Below are positions 49,401 to 58,404 of a stretch of DNA of 64,000 nucleotides, piece by piece (the first letter of the stretch is position 1; each line of letters starts with the position of its first letter). Below the pieces are notes generated by a model that was not told the DNA's origin, searched no databases, and saw nothing but the letters and a program-made list of their open reading frames with translations. The stretch is from Candidatus Latescibacterota bacterium. Lineage in GTDB: Bacteria > Latescibacterota > UBA2968 > GCA-2709665. The stretch is from contig OZ241917.1 in NCBI GenBank assembly GCA_965203805.1, forward strand, positions 2,048,001-2,112,000, read 5' to 3'. Both the position numbers and the translations under genes were made by a program.

Positions 49401-51788
49401 TTAACGGATCACCACAAACGTACCGGTCTTGATCTTCCCGGCAGCCGCCGAACCTTCAACGCCATGCACGGCATAGAAATAGATTCCCGGGCCCACAAGC
49501 GCCCGGATCGTGGAATAAGGACGGCCGGTCCAGCTGGTCTCACTGGATGAAATAGCCTTCTGACGCAATACCTGGATCAGCTGTCCCGCGGTATTGAAGA
49601 TATAGATGAACGAGTTTGACGGCACGTTTACAAACCGGATTTTCAAACCGCCGCCGTATTCGTTGGTGCCGTTGGCCATATAGGGGTTCGGCACAACCAC
49701 GATATCCCGTTCCAGCGCGTCGGCGGCCGCCACGTAGGGCAGCACCGGCGACCCGCGGTTGACCTGCAGGAAGTTGGAATAAGGCCCCTCCTGCCCGTTC
49801 TGCAGGAACTTCTGCGCCCTGGGCGGGAGGTCCGCGAACGTCATGGTTCCGTCGTTGTTCGCCCAGTCGTTATGCGGTTCCTGATAAGCCCGAATACTGT
49901 AGTAATAGAAGAATCCGGCGTTGGAACTCGCATCGGACCAGCCGTACATTCCCGGGCGGGCGGCGCGCCGGCCGTCATTTGCCTGGTTCGCCAGCCCAAC
50001 CGCCGTGCTCTCGTTTCCTTCCGCCGCCGCTACAGGCCAATCCGCGCCCGCGTCGTACGTGACGCCCGCCGGCAGAGGCCCGCCAACCGGAATGTCGCCG
50101 ACCAGCGAGAACGGACCCGTTGCCGTAAGCGTTCCCCGCAGCCCGCGATAAATGCGGAAACCGGCGACGTCCGCGGCGCCGTAATCGGGATGGACGGCGC
50201 CCTGAGACTCGGCGGCCCAGAACAGCTTCACCTTGGCGTTCTCGTCGCTCTTGACGTAGACGTCGACGTCCGGGGGGCCGTCCGGAATGTCAAAGCCGCT
50301 CTGATAGGCGAATATCGCGTGCTCGAGGTGCTCGACAATGGCCTGCTCGCCCTGCAGGAAGCTGGCCTTGTCGGCCGTGAGGGACCACTTCCAGATGTCG
50401 ATCGGACTCTTGCCGGGGCCGGCATATTCCGCGCCGGAACCGGCCACGAACGCCACGATGACCTTGGCCTTGTCGCCGGGGCCGAGCGCCCACGGACCGT
50501 ACACCTGTGCGTTCGTGAACCCGCCCACGGCCGTGGGATTGTCCTGGGCGGTCGCGGCGGTCAACTTGGAGAATGCCTCCGAAGGGGTCTCTCCCTCAAG
50601 GACCGGCTCGTCGTAGTCAGCCGTCGTGCGTACGTTCCACCAGCCCTGGTAGGACGGCTGGTCACCCGCGGGCTGCACGTACTGACCCGCGTCGTGCATA
50701 TTGAACGCGTGACGGGGGTCGTCCGGACTGTCCGCGAAAGCGACCGGCGCCATGCCCACGAACGAATGGGCCGACAGCTTGCCGTCGGGGAAGGCCATTT
50801 CCTTCAGGTCGGATGTCTCGATGTCCTTGATCCACGGGTCGCCGGTATCCTCCCACGCCTTGAACGGGCTGTCGCCGTCCCACTGATAGCTCAGCTTGAG
50901 CCCCTGCGCCCGCGCCGCGCTGATGAACGCCGGCCCTCCGGGGCCGCCGTCCACGTAGTTTCCGGCTTCCGTGTAGCGGAAGTTATCGTCGAGACCGGTA
51001 TCCAGCCACCGCCACCAGCGGCCGCCGCCCGTGTTGTTGTCTGAGGTCTCATTAATCTTCCAGGTGGCCACCAGCGGCAGGTACACCTCGTTGTGACGGT
51101 CGTTGCCGGTGTTCTCCAGGATGAATTCCGCGATCACGAAATCGTCGAACATCTGGTGTGACCAGTTGTGGACCTTACGGGTGATCGTGATACCGAACTT
51201 GTTGGTCCACTTGGCAACCAGAATCTCCTCGGCAAACGCATCATCCGGCGTGTATTCTCCCGGAGAGTAGTTGCGGATGAGTCTGGGCGGCGCGCTGACG
51301 TCATTCTCGTCGGGCACGTTCGCGCCCGGCCAGTAGTTGCTGGCCGGCGAGAACGATCCGGAACGCCCCTGCTCCCATTCCGTGGCCGCGCCGAGGTCCG
51401 CTTCCGGTCCGCTCGACGGGTCGTAGACGAGCGGCGTGATATCGACGCTCTTGCCCCTCGGGCCCGTCCAGGCCGCATCCACGCCGCCTGGCCCCACGAC
51501 CATGATCCACGTGCCGAAGCCGACGGCGTTTCCGCCCCTGCGGGTATAGTTGGAGCTGGCGTTGCTGCTGGGGATGTTCGCCCATCCGGGATACCAGAAC
51601 ATATCCGGCTCGCCGGTCTGCCCGCTTCCGAGGTTCCACCCGCCCATGGTGCCATCCGAGTTCCAGCTGACCTGGACGTGGCTCCGGCTGGTGGACAGCC
51701 GCGGGGTGTCGCTCTGGTCTACGGCCCAGGCGCCCACTGGCAGGAGCAAGCCGCAAACAAGCGCCATAAGCTTGATGCCTGGTTTCAT
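49401..51788 (-). CDS. Secreted protein with FN3-like region and T9SS type-A-like C-terminal domain
   Basis: Signal peptide; V.L.W...GFRIYR...YYY.IRAY (FN3-like); C-terminus VVPNPY..IRFVNVP....IYIFNTAGQLI...W......GIYFY.V....K.G.FVVIR. Confidence 0.78.
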   Translation of the reverse strand: MKPGIKLMALVCGLLLPVGAWAVDQSDTPRLSTSRSHVQVSWNSDGTMGGWNLGSGQTGEPDMFWYPGWANIPSSNASSNYTRRGGNAVGFGTWIMVVGPGGVDAAWTGPRGKSVDITPLVYDPSSGPEADLGAATEWEQGRSGSFSPASNYWPGANVPDENDVSAPPRLIRNYSPGEYTPDDAFAEEILVAKWTNKFGITITRKVHNWSHQMFDDFVIAEFILENTGNDRHNEVYLPLVATWKINETSDNNTGGGRWWRWLDTGLDDNFRYTEAGNYVDGGPGGPAFISAARAQGLKLSYQWDGDSPFKAWEDTGDPWIKDIETSDLKEMAFPDGKLSAHSFVGMAPVAFADSPDDPRHAFNMHDAGQYVQPAGDQPSYQGWWNVRTTADYDEPVLEGETPSEAFSKLTAATAQDNPTAVGGFTNAQVYGPWALGPGDKAKVIVAFVAGSGAEYAGPGKSPIDIWKWSLTADKASFLQGEQAIVEHLEHAIFAYQSGFDIPDGPPDVDVYVKSDENAKVKLFWAAESQGAVHPDYGAADVAGFRIYRGLRGTLTATGPFSLVGDIPVGGPLPAGVTYDAGADWPVAAAEGNESTAVGLANQANDGRRAARPGMYGWSDASSNAGFFYYYSIRAYQEPHNDWANNDGTMTFADLPPRAQKFLQNGQEGPYSNFLQVNRGSPVLPYVAAADALERDIVVVPNPYMANGTNEYGGGLKIRFVNVPSNSFIYIFNTAGQLIQVLRQKAISSSETSWTGRPYSTIRALVGPGIYFYAVHGVEGSAAAGKIKTGTFVVIR

Positions 51789-51811
51789 ACTTGCTTCTCC
51801 CTTTCTTTAAT

Positions 51812-51843
51812 AACGGGGGGCGGGAAAACAATCGCCCCCCGTT
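51812..51843. promoter_or_regulatory. Intra-operon stem-loop (mRNA stability/processing)
   Basis: Perfect 11-bp inverted repeat AACGGGGGGCG/CGCCCCCCGTT; no U-tract in the operon direction. Confidence 0.6.
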
Positions 51844-51857
51844 GAATGTTTACTGGG

Positions 51858-54800
51858 TTAGAAGTTGACTTTCAGACCCAGGCCCACTTCGCGCGGCTTC
51901 CCGTAGTACCGGGTCAGTTCGTTGTAGTCCCCGTACGTGAGGTAATCCTGGTCGTTCGGCCTGGGTAAATTCAGACCCCAGCGAACGAAGTCAGGATAGG
52001 AGCCGGCCACGGGGCTGTCCTGCTGGTTGAACAGGTTGAAGATCTCCACATAGAAGACGGCGTTCCGGTGCCCGCCCTCCACGAGCGTCTTCTCAACCTG
52101 CAGGTCGGTCCAGGTTCGTATGGGTCTGTGACGCAGTTCCGGCTGCTTGCCGGGCGGCGTGTACCATTGGGGCCTGCCGCTCTGAATGCGCCAGACCATA
52201 TTGGCGCGCAGGCCGCCCACCGCGTGGAACTGGCGCAGCCCGGGCCCGAAGTCCATGGGCGTATCCAGGTACAGCGAGAGGCTGGACTGGACGCGCAGGT
52301 CGGACCCCTTGGGGTTGAACAGGCGGCCGCCGCCGTAGGTGGGCTGCCACACGCCGTTCATATTGGCCGGGGCGTCGTAGGCCTTCTGGATGTCCATGAA
52401 CTCGAAGATCACGAACTGATAGCTGTTGGTGATTCCTCTGGCCCTGCCGCGCCACCAGCTGGCTACCCTCGTGGCGAGCTTCATCCGCTCTTCCAGCGAG
52501 AAGTCCTTACGCACGTACGCCGAGCCGTTCCATTCCCAGTCGTGGTACTGGTCCGGATTCATCACGTACGAGGAATCCGGGTAGAACATGGTGGCGTTGG
52601 AGCCCACGCGCGCCGTAGACGCCCAGCCGAAGTTGACGGCCGCGTTGAACGAGAAGTAGTGGCTGAAGCCCTTGCGCACGTGGAGCTCGAGCCCTCTCAT
52701 GTCCTGGTAGGTGCTGGGCTTGCGGCCCCAGACCCACGTTGTGCGCTGCGGCTCGTACCAGTAGCGGCTGCCGGAGGAAATCTTCCCGATAGCACTCTTG
52801 TAGTATGCCGCCATTCCCGCCGTGTAGTCGGCCACGAAGTTCCAGTCGGCGCCGGCCTCGTAAGCCCGGGTACGCGTGAGGGACACGTAGGGGTTCGCCA
52901 TCCGGACCTGACCGTGCAGACCGCGGAACGCGTCCCACGCCACGTGGGCGTCGGGGCCGTTCGCGCGCCACTGTTCACGGAAGTACTCGAACAGGTCGGG
53001 CACCTTCGCGTACAGGCCGGCTGTAAAGTGGAAGGCCGACCGCTGCGTGATGGGATGGGAAATCCCGAAGCGCGGGCTGAACTGGGTCGCCCACTGCGGG
53101 TCGACCGTGACCATGTCCACGTGCTTGATGAGCCAGCGGTTCTGCGGCGTCTGAAGCTGCGAGACGTTGTAGAACCGGTGGTTGGTGTAAAGCGCGTCGA
53201 ACCGGATGCCCGCGTTCATCACCATCCCCTCGAACTCCATCTTGTCCTGCAGATAGAATCCGATCTGAATGGGGTTGATGGGGGCCTTCACGTCCGGGAG
53301 ATTGCCCGAGTGGGTGATGAAGTCCACGATGCGCTGGCTCGGGTTGGGCGAGTTGTAGTTCAGGTAATAGATGCTGAACCGCGTCAGATCCAAACCCGTC
53401 TTGACGAAGTGGCCCTTGGTGACCTGCGAAGAAATATCCAGCTTGACGTTCAGCCGGCTGCGGTCCGCGATCGTATAATTCGCGACGTTACTGGGCTTCA
53501 CGTTGAACCAGCCGTCCAGGTCCTTCTCGCCGAAGACCGTTAATGGGAACCCGAAGCTGTCTCTCGGCCAGGTGGTTTCCTGGGTATCTTCCAGCGTCGT
53601 GTAGAACGACACCCTGGCTTCGTAGAACGTCTTCGGGGACACCGTGTGGGTCAGGGATGCATAGGTGACCCGGTCGCTTACCTTGCGCCCGCCAGCGCCC
53701 GACCCCTCCGGCAGGAACACGTTCTGCCCGTTGGAGGCCCGGTCGCGCTGGGTGTTCGTTCCCCTGTTGTAATATTCCGCCACGGAGTAAATCTGCCCGA
53801 TGCTCACCTTCGCGTCGGCGCCCGGCCGGAACGTCAGCTTGGCGTTCCCGCGGAAATCCAGCGGCGTTTCCAGCGTGGGAAACCCGCCCGACATCACGCT
53901 GGTCAGGCTGGTGGCGCCAAGGCTCGGGTCGAACGTGGCATTGCGTACAGACGTGTTCAACACATCCGTGGGCTGCCTGGTCCACCGGGCGCTGGCAAAG
54001 AAGCTGGCCTGGTCGCCCAGCGGGCCCGAAACGCCGCCCTCGATATAAGAACCCTTAACGTCAGTATAGTCCACGGCCCTGTGCGCCAGGCCCACCTCAT
54101 CGTCTGGCGTTCCCGGAACGCCATCCTCGCCGTCGCTCAGGATCACCGTTTCCGCGCGCCATTCCCGGTCGTCCCACTTGAGCTTGTCACGGTGGTAAGC
54201 GCTTTCGTAGAGGTTTGAGCCCCAGTGCTTCTGGCTCGGCGGCGTATAGCGGAAATCGCCCCAGCCGCGGAAGTCCCGCCCGCCGTCTTTCGTAATGATG
54301 GAGACCGCGCCGGACTCCAGGTTTCCGTATTCGGCGCTCGCGCCGCCCGAAATCACCGTGATTTCCTGCACGGCGGTCTTGGAAGGACCGGTGAACTGCC
54401 GGCCGTACCCGTCGTTGTTCGGCAGGACCACGCCGTCCACCATCAGGATGGCGTCTCTCGAGTCCCCGCCCCGGATGACGTTGGCGTTGTTGAGTTGCAC
54501 GCCCGGATTCAGCGTGACCAGATCAGTAACCGACCGCGCCATCGGCAGCGCCTCCAGCTGCTCGACGCCCATGACGTAATGGCTGGTGGTCTTGTCGGGC
54601 TCCACCGGCGGGCGTTCCGCCGTAACCACGAGTTCCTCGGCTTCCAGCGCCGTTTCTTTCAACTGGAAGTCCACGGTCGTGGTGAAGTCCGCCTGGATAC
54701 GCACGTCCGTCTTGGTAACGGCGTTGTAGCCGACCATCGACGCTACGAGCGTCAGGTTTCCCGGGTCGACAGAGAGGAGCAGATAGTATCCGTCCGCATC

Positions 54801-54983
54801 CGACTGTGCGCCCCTTCGCGTGCCCTCGATCACGACGTTCACGCCGGGCAGCGGTTCGCCGGACGCCGCGTCCATAACGCGCCCGGTCAGTTTGCCGGTC
54901 TGGCCCGCGAACACGCCGGCGGTCAGGCCGACGAGCATAAAGACCGCAACCGGCAAAGCCACAAACAACTTCCATCTGTTCAT
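51858..54983 (-). CDS. TonB-dependent receptor with N-terminal carboxypeptidase-regulatory-like domain
   Basis: GQTGKL.G.V.D..GEPLPGVNV; EELVVTAE (TonB-box-like); plug IRGG...DGV and GG.SAEYG; SPRFGISHP; C-terminal PRE..LGL.VNF. Confidence 0.92.
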   Translation of the reverse strand: MNRWKLFVALPVAVFMLVGLTAGVFAGQTGKLTGRVMDAASGEPLPGVNVVIEGTRRGAQSDADGYYLLLSVDPGNLTLVASMVGYNAVTKTDVRIQADFTTTVDFQLKETALEAEELVVTAERPPVEPDKTTSHYVMGVEQLEALPMARSVTDLVTLNPGVQLNNANVIRGGDSRDAILMVDGVVLPNNDGYGRQFTGPSKTAVQEITVISGGASAEYGNLESGAVSIITKDGGRDFRGWGDFRYTPPSQKHWGSNLYESAYHRDKLKWDDREWRAETVILSDGEDGVPGTPDDEVGLAHRAVDYTDVKGSYIEGGVSGPLGDQASFFASARWTRQPTDVLNTSVRNATFDPSLGATSLTSVMSGGFPTLETPLDFRGNAKLTFRPGADAKVSIGQIYSVAEYYNRGTNTQRDRASNGQNVFLPEGSGAGGRKVSDRVTYASLTHTVSPKTFYEARVSFYTTLEDTQETTWPRDSFGFPLTVFGEKDLDGWFNVKPSNVANYTIADRSRLNVKLDISSQVTKGHFVKTGLDLTRFSIYYLNYNSPNPSQRIVDFITHSGNLPDVKAPINPIQIGFYLQDKMEFEGMVMNAGIRFDALYTNHRFYNVSQLQTPQNRWLIKHVDMVTVDPQWATQFSPRFGISHPITQRSAFHFTAGLYAKVPDLFEYFREQWRANGPDAHVAWDAFRGLHGQVRMANPYVSLTRTRAYEAGADWNFVADYTAGMAAYYKSAIGKISSGSRYWYEPQRTTWVWGRKPSTYQDMRGLELHVRKGFSHYFSFNAAVNFGWASTARVGSNATMFYPDSSYVMNPDQYHDWEWNGSAYVRKDFSLEERMKLATRVASWWRGRARGITNSYQFVIFEFMDIQKAYDAPANMNGVWQPTYGGGRLFNPKGSDLRVQSSLSLYLDTPMDFGPGLRQFHAVGGLRANMVWRIQSGRPQWYTPPGKQPELRHRPIRTWTDLQVEKTLVEGGHRNAVFYVEIFNLFNQQDSPVAGSYPDFVRWGLNLPRPNDQDYLTYGDYNELTRYYGKPREVGLGLKVNF

Positions 54984-55013
54984 CTGAAAACCTCCTTCGA
55001 GAATACTCAGCGG

Positions 55014-55712
55014 CTATTTACCGCTGAAGTAGAACTTAATCCCGGCTCCGAAGTCCAGCATCTGCAGAGGGAAGGTTTCGGAGAGCTCCCAGTCTTCAAG
55101 ACCCCGAAGGTCCCCGATCATAATGTTGTACCGTCCGCGGAGGTCCACGGCCACGTTTTCGATCACGAACGCTTCGACGCCCAGTCCGGCGTTAATCCCC
55201 AGCGCGTACCGCTGGTCGGTGAACGGTTCCAGTTCGAGGACCAGGTCTCCCGTCTGCCCGGGCCACAGCAGCCCGCTGACGTCGTTCTTGTACCGGTAGA
55301 ATCCGCCGCCCACCGCAACGTACGGGGCGAAACTGCTGGCCGCAAACGGCTGGCCGACCTGCCGCAGGCGGACGAGCGCGTTTACCAGCAGGCTGTTCAG
55401 GCTCATGTTGCTTGACGCGTTCGGGCTGGTATAGGCTTGGCCGTCCGTCCAGGTGAACGTGCGTGTCAGCAGGCTCCCGTCGGTGAAATTCCCGTGGTGA
55501 AACTCCAGTTCAACGGTAACGTTCGACGCCGGCACGTACGCCGCGTTCAATCCGAACTTGGAATCGTTGTCGTACCACTCGCCCAGACCGAAGACCGGCA
55601 CGTTGTAATTCGCGAACACGCCGACCCCCCAACTACCTTCCTGGGCAACGGCAGGCCAGGTTGAAACCGCCAACACAAGAATCAACAGGCCAACAACCCT
55701 GAACACCTTCAT
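55014..55712 (-). CDS. Small outer-membrane beta-barrel (OmpA/OmpW-like)
   Basis: Signal peptide, PYV.VGGG, G.NAG.GVE and terminal GAGIKFYF. RBS AAGGAGG. Confidence 0.85.
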   Translation of the reverse strand: MKVFRVVGLLILVLAVSTWPAVAQEGSWGVGVFANYNVPVFGLGEWYDNDSKFGLNAAYVPASNVTVELEFHHGNFTDGSLLTRTFTWTDGQAYTSPNASSNMSLNSLLVNALVRLRQVGQPFAASSFAPYVAVGGGFYRYKNDVSGLLWPGQTGDLVLELEPFTDQRYALGINAGLGVEAFVIENVAVDLRGRYNIMIGDLRGLEDWELSETFPLQMLDFGAGIKFYFSGK

Positions 55713-55852
55713 ACACACCTCCTTACTTTGGAAGATGACTTATCCCCACCACCCTGCCATACGTCTGTAATCTGCTGCGAAACAACAACGACGTGCGAAT
55801 CATGTCTCCGAAAATACTCGCGGTCTGCTCGACTTTCCACCCCCTCTCGGAC

Positions 55853-55892
55853 AAAAAAAGGGGCATCACTGTCCGGAAACCGGCAGCGCCCC
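55853..55892 (-). terminator. Terminator-like hairpin within the 5' leader (putative attenuator)
   Basis: Minus strand GGGGC-GCTG-CCGG-TTT-CCGG-A-CAGT-GAT-GCCCC-TTTTTTT, between the promoter and the first start codon. Confidence 0.6.
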
Positions 55893-56020
55893 GTTAACAC
55901 ACTCCTGTTTCATGCGTATGAACACTATGATAAACGACTACGCAGTAGCAATTTAGCATAAGCCGACCATCTGACGCGTAGAATCGCTGTTTTTGAGCAT
56001 AACCGCAGGTTAATCGACAG

Positions 56021-56049
56021 AAGATATACAACATTTTCAGAGTTGTCAA
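56021..56049 (-). promoter_or_regulatory. Sigma70-type promoter of the barrel-TBDR-CTD-PorV operon
   Basis: TTGACA (56049-56044), 17-nt spacer, TATCTT (56026-56021). Confidence 0.7.
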
Positions 56050-56168
56050 CCCTTTTTCTCGTGTTATTTTCGACGATCTACCGTTCGGCCCCGACCCGTG
56101 CGCAGCCGGCCTGATCGCCTGTTCGCACACGTTGTGACACAATACCAGAAGTAGCCAGCCTGTACCGC

Positions 56169-57053
56169 CTACAAGAGCCGCTGCGAGGCCAGGGCCTCGA
56201 GCACCGTTTCGCCGATGTCGGCCGGGCTGCTGCAGACCCGTATCCCCGCGGCGCTCAGGGCCGCCACCTTTTCCTCTGCCGTGCCCTTCCCGCCGGAAAT
56301 AATGGCGCCGGCGTGACCCATGCGCCTGCCGGGAGGCGCGGTCTGGCCCGCTATAAAGCCGACCACGGGCTTCGGGAAGGTGTGTTTCACGTAGTCCGCA
56401 GCCTGTTCTTCGGCGCCGCCTCCGATCTCTCCGATCATCACAACACATTCGGTATCGGGATCCTTCGCGAAGGCATCGAGACAGTCGATAAAGCTGGTTC
56501 CGGTTACGGGATCGCCGCCGATACCGACGCACGTGGTCTGGCCGAGATCCAGGGCGGTCAGCTGGGCGACCGCCTCGTAGGTCAGCGTACCGCTGCGTGA
56601 AATGACACCCACGTTCCCGCTCCTGTGGATCTCCGCCGGCATAATCCCGATTTTACATTTGCCGGGAGAGATGACTCCCGGACAGTTCGGACCGATCAGC
56701 CGGGTGGAACGCGAGCCGAGAAAGTGTTTGACCTTCACCATGTCCAGCACGGGGATGCCTTCGCTGATGCACACAACCAGGCTCAGACCGGCATCCGCGG
56801 CTTCAATGACGGCGTCCGCCGAAAAGGCCGCCGGCACAAACACGATCGAGGCATCGGCGCCGGTGGCGTCGACCGCGTCCGATACGGTGTTGAAGACCGG
56901 TACGCCCTCGACGCGGTGGCCGGCCTTGCCCGGCGTGACGCCCGCGACGATCCGCGTGCCGTAGTCCAGCATCTGACGGGTGTGGAACGAGCCTTCGTTG
57001 CCGGTGATGGCCTGCACAACCACTCGGGTTTCGCTGTCTATAAATATGCTCAT
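56169..57053 (-). CDS. sucD: Succinate--CoA ligase alpha subunit
   Basis: [34 protein letters not shown] and GRRMGHAGA motifs. Confidence 0.97.
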   Translation of the reverse strand: MSIFIDSETRVVVQAITGNEGSFHTRQMLDYGTRIVAGVTPGKAGHRVEGVPVFNTVSDAVDATGADASIVFVPAAFSADAVIEAADAGLSLVVCISEGIPVLDMVKVKHFLGSRSTRLIGPNCPGVISPGKCKIGIMPAEIHRSGNVGVISRSGTLTYEAVAQLTALDLGQTTCVGIGGDPVTGTSFIDCLDAFAKDPDTECVVMIGEIGGGAEEQAADYVKHTFPKPVVGFIAGQTAPPGRRMGHAGAIISGGKGTAEEKVAALSAAGIRVCSSPADIGETVLEALASQRLL

Positions 57054-57083
57054 TGAGAATCCATTCTTCATACCCTTCGCGGA

Positions 57084-57122
57084 CCCTCACCCCCCGGCCC
57101 CCTCTCCCAGCGGGAGAGGGGG
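57084..57122. repeat. REP-like palindrome CCCTCACCCCC..CCCCCTCTCCC-N3-GGGAGAGGGGG
   Basis: 11-bp perfect stem with a pyrimidine leader; a widespread intergenic motif. Confidence 0.65.
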
Positions 57123-57208
57123 AGCGGACAGCTTGAAGCAAAACCGGGACGCGGCGAGGGAATCACAGTTTCTCACTTACCCCCGGGAAGGGGATGTGTC
57201 TTAAAGGC

Positions 57209-57323
57209 GGTGAGAAGGTAGACGTTAGGCGTGAGATGATGTGAGTGCCCCGTGGGGTTTCATTTCTTGCCGGAGGTATAACGGAAGGACCAATCGGGCA
57301 AGGATGTCATCTACCGTCTCACC
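57209..57323. repeat. Heptamer-type inverted repeat pair
   Basis: GGTGAGAAGGTAGACG (57209-57224) versus reverse complement of 57308-57323, GGTGAGACGGTAGATG; 14/16. Confidence 0.65.
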
Positions 57324-57334
57324 TCTTCCTGCAT

Positions 57335-58021
57335 TTACTGTAGCCCTGGGTTGACGCGTTCCTCGAGGGTGCCGTCGGCGTTGCCGATAACAATGTGATG
57401 AGCGAGGCCGACAAAGAGGCCGGATTCGACGACGCCGCAGATCGCCGCGATACGCCGTTCGAGGTCGGCGGGATCGTTGATGACGCCGAAAGCGCAGTCC
57501 AGGATGTGGTTCCCGTTATCCGTAACGAAAGCCCGGTTGTCCTGAACACGGAGAGTGGCGCGGCACCCGAGGGCTTCGACCTGCAACCGCACGAACTGCC
57601 AGCCGAAGGGCGCCACTTCCACGGGCAGAGGGAATCCGCCGAGGCGATTCTTGAGTTTCGATTCGTCGGCGACGATGATTTCGCGGCGGCTGGCGCTGGC
57701 CACAAGTTTCTCGCGCAGCAGCGCGCCTCCTCCGCCCTTGATCAGATTAAAGGCGGGATCGATCTCGTCGGCGCCGTCGATGGTCAGGTCGATCCTGGCG
57801 GCCAGGGCGAAATCCGTAAGCGGGATTCCCTCGCGTTCCGCTTGAATCCGGGACTGTTCCGACGTGGGTATACCGTGAATCCGAAGGCCCTCCCGAACCC
57901 GCTCGCCCAGTCTTCGAATAGCAAAGTGCGCCGTGGATCCGGTCCCCAGACCAACGATCATCCCGTTGTCCGCGAAGTCGGCGGCCCGTTCGCCTGCAAG
58001 TTGTTTCGGGTCGGCAGCCAC
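57335..58021 (-). CDS. rpiA: Ribose-5-phosphate isomerase A
   Basis: GLGTGST, IDGADE, LIKGGGGALLREK, TDNGN.ILD and GVVE.GLF motifs. GTG start inferred. Confidence 0.97.
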   Translation of the reverse strand: MAADPKQLAGERAADFADNGMIVGLGTGSTAHFAIRRLGERVREGLRIHGIPTSEQSRIQAEREGIPLTDFALAARIDLTIDGADEIDPAFNLIKGGGGALLREKLVASASRREIIVADESKLKNRLGGFPLPVEVAPFGWQFVRLQVEALGCRATLRVQDNRAFVTDNGNHILDCAFGVINDPADLERRIAAICGVVESGLFVGLAHHIVIGNADGTLEERVNPGLQ

Positions 58022-58044
58022 GATATTACCGGTAGCAGTAAATG

Positions 58045-58115
58045 GTGGGTAGTGGCCAGTGGTCAGCAAAAGCAGCGATCAGCACTCGGCGGTCAGCATT
58101 CGGCTTGAGTCAAAA
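58045..58115 (+). repeat. Heptamer tandem arrays (GTGGnnA x3; AGCnnTC x4 + GGCTTGAGTCAAAA)
   Basis: Same unit and tail as the arms of the 48055-48250 element. Confidence 0.7.
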
Positions 58116-58313
58116 GCAACCCGTTGACGTCAACGCCGGGACGTGTCGAGACCGGAAGGGGCGTTTCGAGGGCAGGATGCCCTCGGTCCGGAAAAAGGGG
58201 GCTCGGTCCGATTCGCGGGGAATTTATCGATCCGCGGCCCGAATTGCAATGACAAATAAGGGTGATAACACACCCGCCGCGGCGATTGTTCCCCGCCGAA
58301 GAAACGAAATCGA

Positions 58314-58378
58314 TTGACATTTTCGTTCGTATATATCATATATACTGGCGCGGCCGTAACGGCGGCCATGCCAGTATA
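58314..58378 (+). promoter_or_regulatory. Promoter region with inverted repeat upstream of the HTH-MBL gene
   Basis: TTGACA at 58314-58319 with an AT-rich -10 region; TATACTGGC-N20-GCCAGTATA at 58341-58378. Confidence 0.55.
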
Positions 58379-58404
58379 GTTGTACAGTGAACGGGGGAGG
58401 ACGC

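Noticed and set aside
48055-58115. Short repeats as a CRISPR array
   Set aside because: Units are 7-9 nt, tandem, without unique spacers; no cas genes in the window.
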